This document shows, in pieces, positions 38,505-46,913 of a DNA stretch of 57,569 nt. Both the position numbers and the translations under genes were made by a program. Numbering within the stretch: position 1 is the first letter of the stretch; each line of letters starts with the position of its first letter. The notes under the pieces are model-generated. The model saw nothing but the letters and a program-made list of their open reading frames with translations. It ran no database searches and had not been told where the DNA came from. Origin of the DNA: a virus (lineage: Duplodnaviria; Caudoviricetes); the IMG/VR virus record IMGVR_UViG_3300011113_000476, positions 1 through 57,569 of that record; one strand, given 5' to 3'.

Positions 38505-39795
38505 ACCTGATACGCTTTGTATGGCTCCGTGGACGCACACATACTTAAGTCCACAAACGGAAAGACGTATGTGCTGTGCAAGTCGAGAACCAGCACAAAA
38601 TTTTCAACAATACATAGACACAAAATCTGGTACAGGAAAATATATACCGATCACGCTGGATGATCATTGGAACGGGGAGCACATGCGGTCCGTGCGCTTA
38701 CGTATGATGCGTGGAGAAACTCTGCCAGAGTGCGAAGTATGTAATGACAAATTGCTGAACACCAGCGTTTACCGTAGTTATTTTAATCAATTATTTGGTC
38801 ATAAGTACAATGAAGCGATGGAGAAAACTCGCTATGATGGTTCAACGGATATGAAGCCTGTGAGCTGGGATTACAGATTTAGTAATCTTTGCAATTTCAA
38901 ATGTCGCATGTGCGGAGACATGTTAAGCAGTGCGTGGGAAAGTGAGCAACGACAACACAACATGATCAATTGGTCGGATTCAAAAAATAATTGGATGCGA
39001 CTCGAAGTCAAAAAACAAATTGAACAGTTTCAAGACACACAAATTGAGGCAGAGTTTAATCAAGCCGTCGAAGAGCACAGAGTTGAAGAAGTGTATTGGG
39101 TGGGCGGAGAGCCTCTCATGTATGAGCAACATTGGAGATACATGCAGAGGATAATAGAATTAGGAGACGGCCCAAATGTTTATGCTAGATATAATACAAA
39201 CTTATCAAGAATTAATTATAAAGGTATCAATCTTTATAATGATATTCTCAGCAGGCTTCGTGATTGGCAGATTTGTGCAAGTATCGACGGAACAGGCCCG
39301 ATTGGCGAATATATTAGAACAGGCCTTGACTACAATGCATGGCTTGAAAACTTCCGTCAAGGAGTTGCAATTACTAGTCACAGACGTCAAATGCGAATTG
39401 ACTTTACGCTCACTCTGCCCGGCATGTTCGAAATTATTAATATCCAGCGACTTGCAGAAGAAGAAAAAGTCGATATTCTCGCGAAAGTAATTTTTAGTTT
39501 TAGTCCAGACATAGTTATGTCACCTTTAGCACTACCTAGATTTATCTTAGATCCTTGGGTAGATGAAACAATAGGCCGTTTGCCGAGTGGTAGCAACCCG
39601 TTAAAGGATATCTTAGTCCAGCTAAAAACTAGACCCACTTTCGAAGAACAATGGCCCACCGACTATCGAGTTGGTTTGCGTAAAGGAAAAGCAAGAATCG
39701 AAAGACTTGAACAAATTCGAAATGATAGTTATACTATGAGAAATATACTGTCGGCAAAACCCAAAGTATTAGAATGGTGGGATTCAATTGAATAA
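38497..39795 (+). CDS. Radical SAM protein with N-terminal twitch-like domain (#6)
   Basis: CNFKCRMC and VGGEP motifs. N-terminal CMAPW...MCC...CEVC. Confidence 0.92.
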   Translation: MIKPDTLCMAPWTHTYLSPQTERRMCCASREPAQNFQQYIDTKSGTGKYIPITLDDHWNGEHMRSVRLRMMRGETLPECEVCNDKLLNTSVYRSYFNQLFGHKYNEAMEKTRYDGSTDMKPVSWDYRFSNLCNFKCRMCGDMLSSAWESEQRQHNMINWSDSKNNWMRLEVKKQIEQFQDTQIEAEFNQAVEEHRVEEVYWVGGEPLMYEQHWRYMQRIIELGDGPNVYARYNTNLSRINYKGINLYNDILSRLRDWQICASIDGTGPIGEYIRTGLDYNAWLENFRQGVAITSHRRQMRIDFTLTLPGMFEIINIQRLAEEEKVDILAKVIFSFSPDIVMSPLALPRFILDPWVDETIGRLPSGSNPLKDILVQLKTRPTFEEQWPTDYRVGLRKGKARIERLEQIRNDSYTMRNILSAKPKVLEWWDSIE

Positions 39796-40888
39796 AGTAA
39801 TTGTAACATTGCGTAATCCGTTAGAAAAAACAAAAACATTAGATTATATTATTGATGTTTACGATCACCCAATGGCACAACGATGGTTTGATGCTCTTAA
39901 AGAGATACTGAATCAAAATAGATACTTAGAAAAAAATTTTTGTTTTTTAGGCTTTCCTGACAGTCAACGCGATTTAAACTATATTTGCCAAGAATTGTGT
40001 TGGGCTAAAAACGAAATTAATAATTTTTTTCGTGGTGAGTACGAGATAGAAGAAGATTACTTCCCCGATACTCTACGTGATCTTAAAACATTAAATCCTA
40101 ATCAAGATTTAATGAACAAATTGCATAATCATTTCGAGATTTTGCAAGGAACTGTGTGGGGACTCAGTGATTATTATAAACGAGCAAATTATATAACTAA
40201 ATTTGCTATCAGACAATTGAATAATTTATGTCACGAAGCAGAGAGTTTAATGCTGAGTCAACGTAAACAGGCAACATTGCCTGAGTGGGTTAGGCCTAGT
40301 CAAATCACTACATTTCTAAATGCCTCGCGATACGAATTTCCGTCAACATATAAAACTAATTTTAAAGAATCCAGGTATGATAGAAAATTCGGGGAAGTCT
40401 ACTTACATTGGACACAGATTGGCAAAACACTGTTTGAAGTTTATAGAGATGAAAAAGGAGTCGACATCGACAAGGTAACCTGCGATGCTATTACACATCT
40501 ACGTTACTACAGCGGCGAGTTTGATATCGAATGGGCACAGGACGTATGTTATAATGGGCCTCACCCTTGGTACACCAAAGAAATGTCTGGGTTTAAATCA
40601 TGGCTTGAACGAAATGGATTCGATCCCGAAGATACTCAATATAATTTCGGCTATCATTCAGTGGGTCAAGTTGATCTGCGTAGAAGTTTTGGAACAAGCA
40701 AATACAGTGAAGTTTGGCCTATGCTGTCAAGACACTTAGACATATATTCAATCCAATGTGATGACGGGTCAGGAAATATTTTACGCTCTGTCTATTCTTA
40801 TACTTGGTCGGACAAAGACTACTATGATCAACAAATCGAAAGATTAAAACCTGGTTACGATTACAGCAGTAGTTTACTCAATAAATAA
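39788..40888 (+). CDS. Hypothetical protein within the biosynthetic island
   Basis: 366-aa ORF with a TTG start overlapping rSAM #6. His/Glu motifs (LHNHFE, LCHEAE), but no family recognised. Confidence 0.75.
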   Translation: MNKVIVTLRNPLEKTKTLDYIIDVYDHPMAQRWFDALKEILNQNRYLEKNFCFLGFPDSQRDLNYICQELCWAKNEINNFFRGEYEIEEDYFPDTLRDLKTLNPNQDLMNKLHNHFEILQGTVWGLSDYYKRANYITKFAIRQLNNLCHEAESLMLSQRKQATLPEWVRPSQITTFLNASRYEFPSTYKTNFKESRYDRKFGEVYLHWTQIGKTLFEVYRDEKGVDIDKVTCDAITHLRYYSGEFDIEWAQDVCYNGPHPWYTKEMSGFKSWLERNGFDPEDTQYNFGYHSVGQVDLRRSFGTSKYSEVWPMLSRHLDIYSIQCDDGSGNILRSVYSYTWSDKDYYDQQIERLKPGYDYSSSLLNK

Positions 40889-40892
40889 TATC

Positions 40893-40994
40893 ATGAAATG
40901 GCTTAAAAATTTATACTACAGAATTAAATTAGAAATCACTTATCGTCGCAAACTCAAAGAATTGCGAAAGCGAGATCCTTTTATCTATAAATGA
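40893..40994 (+). CDS. 33-aa basic peptide not in the ORF track
   Basis: MKWLKNLYYRIKLEITYRRKLKELRKRDPFIYK. TAAATA lies 5 nt upstream, and its stop overlaps the carbamoyltransferase start (ATGA). Confidence 0.7.
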   Translation: MKWLKNLYYRIKLEITYRRKLKELRKRDPFIYK

Positions 40995-42472
40995 ATATTC
41001 TGGGAATATCTGCAGGATTTCATGATGCTGCATTAAGTGTCATTGACTATCATGGAAATATATTATATGCGGGTCACAGTGAACGCTATAGTAAAATTAA
41101 AAATGATCCAAATTTAAGTCCTGGTATAATTAAAGAAATAGTTAATTATAGAATTGACCATGTTGCTTACTATGAACGACCATGGAATAAACAGTTAAGA
41201 CAACTATACAGCGGCCAAGGCATCGAATGGAATAAACTTACAGCTCGACAAATTCTTACCAAGCAAATAGGCAAAGAATTTTCTAAATTCCCAGGTCTAA
41301 TTTCAACGCACAACCATCATCTATGCCACGCGGCTGCAGGGTTTCAGACAAGCCCATTTGACAAAGCCACGGTGGTTGTAATCGACGCCATTGGGGAATG
41401 GGACACAATAAGTATTTGGGCAGCAGAATACGTTCAAGGAAAAGCCGTTTATAAAAGATTATGGCGCCAAAAATATCCGCATAGTATAGGATTGTTTTAC
41501 AGTGCAATGACAGAACGGGTTGGACTTAAACCCAATGAAGAAGAATATATTCTTATGGGTATGGCAGCATATGGTGCACCTGCGTTCACTGATTTATTTA
41601 AATCCAAATTTTTACACAATGAGTGGGACATTAAATTTAAAGAAAATCTTCACGCCGGCATAGAACAAACGTATTTGTCCTATGTTGGGGATATGGATAT
41701 TGCGGCCAGCGCACAAGACTTAACAGAAGAATTGGTATTAAATATAATGCGTCGCGCAAAAGATTTTAATTGGAGCAACAATTTAGTCTATATGGGCGGT
41801 GTTGCTCTTAATTGTAGTATTAATCGTAGATTAGGGGAATACTTTGAAGATATTTGGATTATGCCTAATCCTGGTGATGCTGGGTCTAGTCTTGGCGCCG
41901 CTGCACTTGCTTATCGCGACAGGATTAATTGGCGCAATGCTTATTTGGGTCACAATATCCCTGGTGCTTACCCTGTTAATGCTGCCCTGGATGCTCTTTT
42001 GCATGGTGGTATTGTTGGTGTGGCTAGTGGCCGAGCCGAGTTCGGACCGAGGGCACTAGGCAATAGAAGCTTATTAGCAGATCCCCGGGGCCCTGATATA
42101 AAGAATCGAGTAAATGAAATCAAACGTAGACAAAAATTCAGACCCTTTGCGCCAGTTATTTTGGAGGAATTGGCTGATAATTATTTCGATATCCCTCGCA
42201 ACTGGAATAACAGTAGGTATATGCAAGTCGTCGGTCAGTGCAGGAATCCTGACTTATTTCCTGCTATTGTGCATCATGACGGAACTAGTCGTATTCAGAC
42301 TGTGCCCAAGGACGGATCGGGAATCAGAGAACTCTTAGAAAAATGGTTTATTGTCACAGGCTGCCCTATGCTATTAAATACTAGTCTAAACATTCGAGGT
42401 GAGCCCATGGTCAATGACCGCAGGGACGCTGATAGATTCGAACAATTATATGGGGTAAAAGTATTGTCGTGA
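40991..42472 (+). CDS. Carbamoyltransferase, NodU/CmcH/TobZ family
   Basis: 'GISAGFHDAA', 'SERYSKIKND', 'HHLCHAA', 'MGMAAYG', 'GGVALNC', 'EFGPRALGNRSLL', 'RPFAP' and 'LLNTSLN'. Confidence 0.95.
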   Translation: MNILGISAGFHDAALSVIDYHGNILYAGHSERYSKIKNDPNLSPGIIKEIVNYRIDHVAYYERPWNKQLRQLYSGQGIEWNKLTARQILTKQIGKEFSKFPGLISTHNHHLCHAAAGFQTSPFDKATVVVIDAIGEWDTISIWAAEYVQGKAVYKRLWRQKYPHSIGLFYSAMTERVGLKPNEEEYILMGMAAYGAPAFTDLFKSKFLHNEWDIKFKENLHAGIEQTYLSYVGDMDIAASAQDLTEELVLNIMRRAKDFNWSNNLVYMGGVALNCSINRRLGEYFEDIWIMPNPGDAGSSLGAAALAYRDRINWRNAYLGHNIPGAYPVNAALDALLHGGIVGVASGRAEFGPRALGNRSLLADPRGPDIKNRVNEIKRRQKFRPFAPVILEELADNYFDIPRNWNNSRYMQVVGQCRNPDLFPAIVHHDGTSRIQTVPKDGSGIRELLEKWFIVTGCPMLLNTSLNIRGEPMVNDRRDADRFEQLYGVKVLS

Positions 42473-43089
42473 CCTTTAATGCTGAAATAGTTGTAACAAA
42501 TCCAAATTTGGGGCAGGCTTGCACTACTGCTCATTTAATTTATTTACGGAACTATCGATGTGTTTCTTCTTTATTTTATAACAATTTTATAAATGGTATG
42601 AAATGGGAGCCAATGGAATATAAAGATATAGATTGGGGAAATAAATTAATTTTTAGCCACTTAGCCGATCCGATTGAACGTAGGCATAAAGGAATTGCTC
42701 ATTGGTTGATTCGTAACAATTTACACACAGAATTCAGAGTAAATGAAGAATTCCAAGATTATATTATAAATCTTCCGTATATTGACAATCATAGCGCAAG
42801 TTATCATGAAATGTTAGGTGAAAAGATTACAAAAATTCGATGGATTATCTGTGATTATGACAATTATGATAAAACTATAGAAAACACAGACAAATTTCTT
42901 CAATCACAAAAAATACTTGGATGGACAAATTTTGATTGGCGATTTAAAAATATAGCAGGGGTTGATCAACGATCTTTAACAAGAGAAATAAAACAAAGAT
43001 TCACAGAGAATAAAAACAACACACATATCTTAGACTATTTTAGAAAAGATATAGAATTATTTGAAAACTTAAGAAAGGAAACACAATGA
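42469..43089 (+). CDS. Sulfotransferase-like protein
   Basis: Degenerate 5'-PSB 'RNYRCVSS', 3'-PB-like 'DPIERRHKG' and C-terminal 'YFRKDIELF'. GTG start. Adjacent to the APS kinase. Confidence 0.5.
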   Translation: MTFNAEIVVTNPNLGQACTTAHLIYLRNYRCVSSLFYNNFINGMKWEPMEYKDIDWGNKLIFSHLADPIERRHKGIAHWLIRNNLHTEFRVNEEFQDYIINLPYIDNHSASYHEMLGEKITKIRWIICDYDNYDKTIENTDKFLQSQKILGWTNFDWRFKNIAGVDQRSLTREIKQRFTENKNNTHILDYFRKDIELFENLRKETQ

Positions 43090-43880
43090 ACACATCAAAG
43101 ATTTTAATAATGGGCCTTCCCGGCGCAGGGAAAACTTACTTGGCAACAGAATTAAAAAAGTTGCTGGAAGCCAATGGCAAAACAGTAACATGGTTCAATG
43201 CTGACGAGATTCGAAAGAAATTTGATGACTGGGATTTCAGCGAAGCAGGGCGCATTAGACAAAGTAAACGTATGTTCGATTTGTCGATGTCATGCAACAC
43301 AGATTATGCATTGTGTGACTTTGTTGCGCCGCTAGTAGAAATGCGTAACAATTTTAAAGCAGACTGGACAGTATGGATGGACACTATACGCGAAGGTCGC
43401 TACGCTGATACTAATAAAATGTTTGTAGAACCTGATGTTTATGATTTTCGGGTCACTGAACAAAACGCTGCTAAGTGGGCAGATTTTATTGCTGAACATA
43501 TAGTCGACAATAGACGCCGTCCTGCATTTGATTGGCGTAAAGAAACTGTGCAAATGTTGGGCCGCTGGCAACCATGGCATGATGGCCACCGGGCACTGTT
43601 CGAAAGATTATTACAACGTACTGGCCAAGTTATAATTCAAGTTAGAGACGTACAGGGGTGGCAAGGATCAAATCCGTTTGAAGTAGAAAAAGTCAAATCA
43701 TTTATCCGTCGAGACTTAGATCCACTATACCAAGGACAGTACGACATACAAGTAGTTCCAAATATTGTACATATAGGATGGGGTCGTGGCGTGGGATATT
43801 CGGCAGGAGAAGAAACTTTTGACGAATCAATCACTGAAATTTCTGCAACTAAAATACGAAAAGAATTGGGACTAAAGTGA
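43086..43880 (+). CDS. Adenylylsulfate (APS) kinase-like domain fused to an HxGH nucleotidyltransferase domain
   Basis: P-loop GLPGAGKT, 'NADEIRK...DFSEAGRIRQ' and 'DFVAP'. C-terminal 'MLGRWQPWHDGH...ISATKIR'. Confidence 0.8.
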   Translation: MNTSKILIMGLPGAGKTYLATELKKLLEANGKTVTWFNADEIRKKFDDWDFSEAGRIRQSKRMFDLSMSCNTDYALCDFVAPLVEMRNNFKADWTVWMDTIREGRYADTNKMFVEPDVYDFRVTEQNAAKWADFIAEHIVDNRRRPAFDWRKETVQMLGRWQPWHDGHRALFERLLQRTGQVIIQVRDVQGWQGSNPFEVEKVKSFIRRDLDPLYQGQYDIQVVPNIVHIGWGRGVGYSAGEETFDESITEISATKIRKELGLK

Positions 43881-44092
43881 CCGACAGTGTCCAGCGAAGT
43901 TTATTTAAAACGATTAGTTGGAGATTGACTGGGAGCGGTTCTACGTTTATAATATCATATATTATTACCGGTAATTTTTCAATCGCAAGTAGTATTGCTT
44001 TTTTACAAATAACTGTGAATACCCTGTTATATTTTTTACACGAAAGAGTTTGGAACTTAATTAGATGGGGTAAACGAATATCTATAGATTAA
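43877..44092 (+). CDS. DUF2061-like small membrane protein
   Basis: 'RSLFKTISWR...LYFLHERVW...WG' pattern with a hydrophobic core. Confidence 0.8.
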   Translation: MTDSVQRSLFKTISWRLTGSGSTFIISYIITGNFSIASSIAFLQITVNTLLYFLHERVWNLIRWGKRISID

Positions 44093-44093
44093 C

Positions 44094-44789
44094 ATGGACA
44101 TAACTCCTTATATTTTAGAAGTTGAAGAATTTAATAAATTTGAAAGAAGTCCTGGAGCCACAGCAGCAGTATATACCTGCGAAGTATTAACATGCATTGC
44201 AACTTTAAAATGCGGTTCCAGTTTTTTGACTGCTACTTTTAATCAAAACTGTCGATGGAGGCAGATACCGTTTTCAGAAATTAATTGGGACAACAGTCAT
44301 GTTTTTACTTTGATGACAGATCCATTGACCAGACGGTATAAAGCAATAGCAGAATGGTTATTTCAAAAGAATCTGATAACTGAATATTATAAAAATATTG
44401 ATTTGCAAAATTTTGTTTTGAGTACTCCTATATTAGATATACACTCATATGGGTATGTTTATAACTATTACGAAAATTTCTGTGATCGGATAGATTGGAT
44501 TCCGTTAGAATCTGTAAAAAATCATGATGGGGTAAAATGGGCAATTGCAAAACTCTTAGAAAAATATAAAATTTACATATCTTATTATTGGGCAAATGAT
44601 CGAGAGTCAAATATTTCATCTAAGGTAAAAAAGAATCTTGAAGCAGATATAAAAGAAAAATTTAAGTCTTCTCCCAATGAAAAAATAATGGAATATTTAT
44701 TACCTGATATTGATTTATATAATAGAGTTTCTAATAAATTTAATCCTAATGGTGATATTTGGGATGAAATAAGTTGGTTAAGAAAATGA
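44094..44789 (+). CDS. Sulfotransferase-like protein (paralogue of 42469)
   Basis: 'TLKCGSSF' 5'-PSB-like, 'TDPLTRRYKAIAEWL' and 'YLLPDIDLY'. Confidence 0.55.
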   Translation: MDITPYILEVEEFNKFERSPGATAAVYTCEVLTCIATLKCGSSFLTATFNQNCRWRQIPFSEINWDNSHVFTLMTDPLTRRYKAIAEWLFQKNLITEYYKNIDLQNFVLSTPILDIHSYGYVYNYYENFCDRIDWIPLESVKNHDGVKWAIAKLLEKYKIYISYYWANDRESNISSKVKKNLEADIKEKFKSSPNEKIMEYLLPDIDLYNRVSNKFNPNGDIWDEISWLRK

Positions 44790-45250
44790 AGGAAAAATTA
44801 ATTCAAGCATACATGCAAACTGCAAAAATATTTGCTGAACTCAGTCATGCTCGGCGTCTGCATGTGGGTGCAATAGTGGTTAAAGATGATAGAATTATCA
44901 GTATTGGTTACAACGGCATGCCTGCTGGATGGGATAATAACTGTGAACACGAAGATATGGGATTCTCAGATGCTGTATTCGGAGAACCACAAACTGTAAT
45001 TAATAGAGGATTAAAAACACGACCTGAAGTTCTCCACGCAGAATCGAATGCCATTAGTAAACTAGCACGAAGTAGTGAAAGCGGAGACGGGGCAACGATG
45101 TTTATTACTCATGCTCCTTGTATGGAGTGTTCTAAACTGATTTATCAAAGCGGAATAAAAAAAGTTTATTTTGGGCAAGCTTATCGTGATACTTCCGGTG
45201 TTGAATTTTTAAACAAGTGTAAAATTACAGTAGAACAAATCGATGTTTGA
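44786..45250 (+). CDS. dCMP deaminase
   Basis: 'IISIGYNGMP', 'HAESNAI' and 'PCMEC' zinc motifs. ATGA overlap at 44786. Confidence 0.92.
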   Translation: MKEKLIQAYMQTAKIFAELSHARRLHVGAIVVKDDRIISIGYNGMPAGWDNNCEHEDMGFSDAVFGEPQTVINRGLKTRPEVLHAESNAISKLARSSESGDGATMFITHAPCMECSKLIYQSGIKKVYFGQAYRDTSGVEFLNKCKITVEQIDV

Positions 45251-46913
45251 TGTATTTTACAAAGGACCCAAGCCTGGTTTGTTTGCGTTTGAACGACCAG
45301 CAGCCTCACTCGACGAGGCTGATGCACTGTGTCGGACCGAATATTTTTGGTATATAGACGGTCACAATGACTATAGAGAATTCGACTTTTATTGGAGACC
45401 CATCAGTTACGAAGCAACACATACACATGTTTGGTCCAGTCAATGGCAACAAAATGGAGGCACTTGCTTGGTGCTCAAAGGCACCAAGGAACATCAATGG
45501 AATTGGCATGATCGTGAAAAAGAAGGACATATCGGCAGAGTTAAGTCCACCGACATCTTTTACATGGATTTTATGAATCCCGATAGTCAAGAACAACTTT
45601 TAGTCCTTAAACTTCGCTGTCCCAATATCAAATCTACTAGATATGTATCAGATCATTTAAACGTGCTAAAACGTATAGTAAATTTGGCTACTACAGAATA
45701 TGTGTGGGTGATCAGCAGCATCTGTGATTATCGAGATTTCGACTTTACTTGGCATCCTGCTCAATGGCAAGAAGAAATGATTCACTGTTTTCCCAGTAAT
45801 AATCAAAAACGCGGAGATACATTTTATATTCACGTGGAATCATTTAAACGACAAATGGTTGATTTGGAATTACTAGATTGGTTTAATGTTATCAATTATT
45901 GTGAAGATCAAAAAGTCTATCGATATACATGCCCAAAAGTATATTATAACCACGACGATCTAGTGGGGGAAATTCGTAGATATGATTTTAAATTTCCTTA
46001 TGCAGCATTTTCAAATCAGCCCAGTATTTTGTTTAACAGTGAGATTTGCTTATGGACTGAAAAAGATAGGGCTGTAGAAAGTTTTACAGAAAGTAATGCG
46101 GTCTGTATAGTACCACGGGACGTTAAGACACATTTACGCACACAAATCTACGATTATCCTTATGTAAACGTCAGAAAAAAGGGTGAATCTATACATACAG
46201 AAGACGATTTAGATATAGTCTATATTAGCAACAATGAGCCAGAAGCAGAACATTGGTACGATCATTTGTGCGACATCATAGGACAGGAAACTACAGGTTT
46301 TCCGATGCTAAAATTTGCCAATATTATTAAACGGGTTAAAAATGTAAACGGACGAATGGCAGCATATAAAGCAGCCGCAGAGAAAAGCGAAACACCTTGG
46401 TTTTTTGCAGTATTTGCTAAATTAGAAGTTGATCCTAAATTTGATTGGGGATGGAAACCTGACTATTTTCAAGAACCAAAACACTATATTTTTCATGCCC
46501 GAAACCCAGTAAACGGGTTAGTCTACGGCCATCAAGCAATGATTGCTTATAATAAACGTTTAGTACTGGAAACAATAGAAAGTGGATTGGATTTTACTCT
46601 AAGTAAAGCTCACGAAGTTGTGCCTATCTTAAGTGGTATAGCACATTATGATCAAGATGCTTGGACTACTTGGAGAACAGCATTTCGAGAAGTTGTTAAG
46701 TTAAAACATTTTAGTATTACGCAACCTAGTGTTGAAACTGAATTTAGGCTTAAAAAATGGCTTACAGTAGGCAACGGTAAATTCGGTGAATGGAGTATTT
46801 GTGGCGCACAGGACGCAATAGAATATTACACTACAGTTAACGGGGATTACAACAAACTAATGCTCAGCTACGAGTGGGATTGGCTTAAACAGTATTATGC
46901 TACTAAATACTGA
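45243..46913 (+). CDS. Multi-repeat glycosyltransferase-like protein
   Basis: Three internal repeats of T(E/P)(Y/W)(F/V)...FD(F/W).W.P. The C-terminal third is homologous to 29612-30538 (ARNPVNGLVYG, WRTAFREVVK). Confidence 0.6.
   Translation: MFDVFYKGPKPGLFAFERPAASLDEADALCRTEYFWYIDGHNDYREFDFYWRPISYEATHTHVWSSQWQQNGGTCLVLKGTKEHQWNWHDREKEGHIGRVKSTDIFYMDFMNPDSQEQLLVLKLRCPNIKSTRYVSDHLNVLKRIVNLATTEYVWVISSICDYRDFDFTWHPAQWQEEMIHCFPSNNQKRGDTFYIHVESFKRQMVDLELLDWFNVINYCEDQKVYRYTCPKVYYNHDDLVGEIRRYDFKFPYAAFSNQPSILFNSEICLWTEKDRAVESFTESNAVCIVPRDVKTHLRTQIYDYPYVNVRKKGESIHTEDDLDIVYISNNEPEAEHWYDHLCDIIGQETTGFPMLKFANIIKRVKNVNGRMAAYKAAAEKSETPWFFAVFAKLEVDPKFDWGWKPDYFQEPKHYIFHARNPVNGLVYGHQAMIAYNKRLVLETIESGLDFTLSKAHEVVPILSGIAHYDQDAWTTWRTAFREVVKLKHFSITQPSVETEFRLKKWLTVGNGKFGEWSICGAQDAIEYYTTVNGDYNKLMLSYEWDWLKQYYATKY

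Noticed and set aside
31097-39795. rSAMs as QueE (7-deazaguanine pathway), NrdG or MoaA
   Set aside because: There are no queC, queD, folE, dpdA, nrdD or moaC genes in the window, and the size and domain layout do not fit.
31097-40994. RiPP cluster (rSAM-SPASM plus precursor peptide) as the main interpretation
   Set aside because: No RRE/PqqD domain, peptidase or transporter was seen, and the neighbours are sugar-acting enzymes. It is kept only as a minor alternative for the 33-aa peptide.
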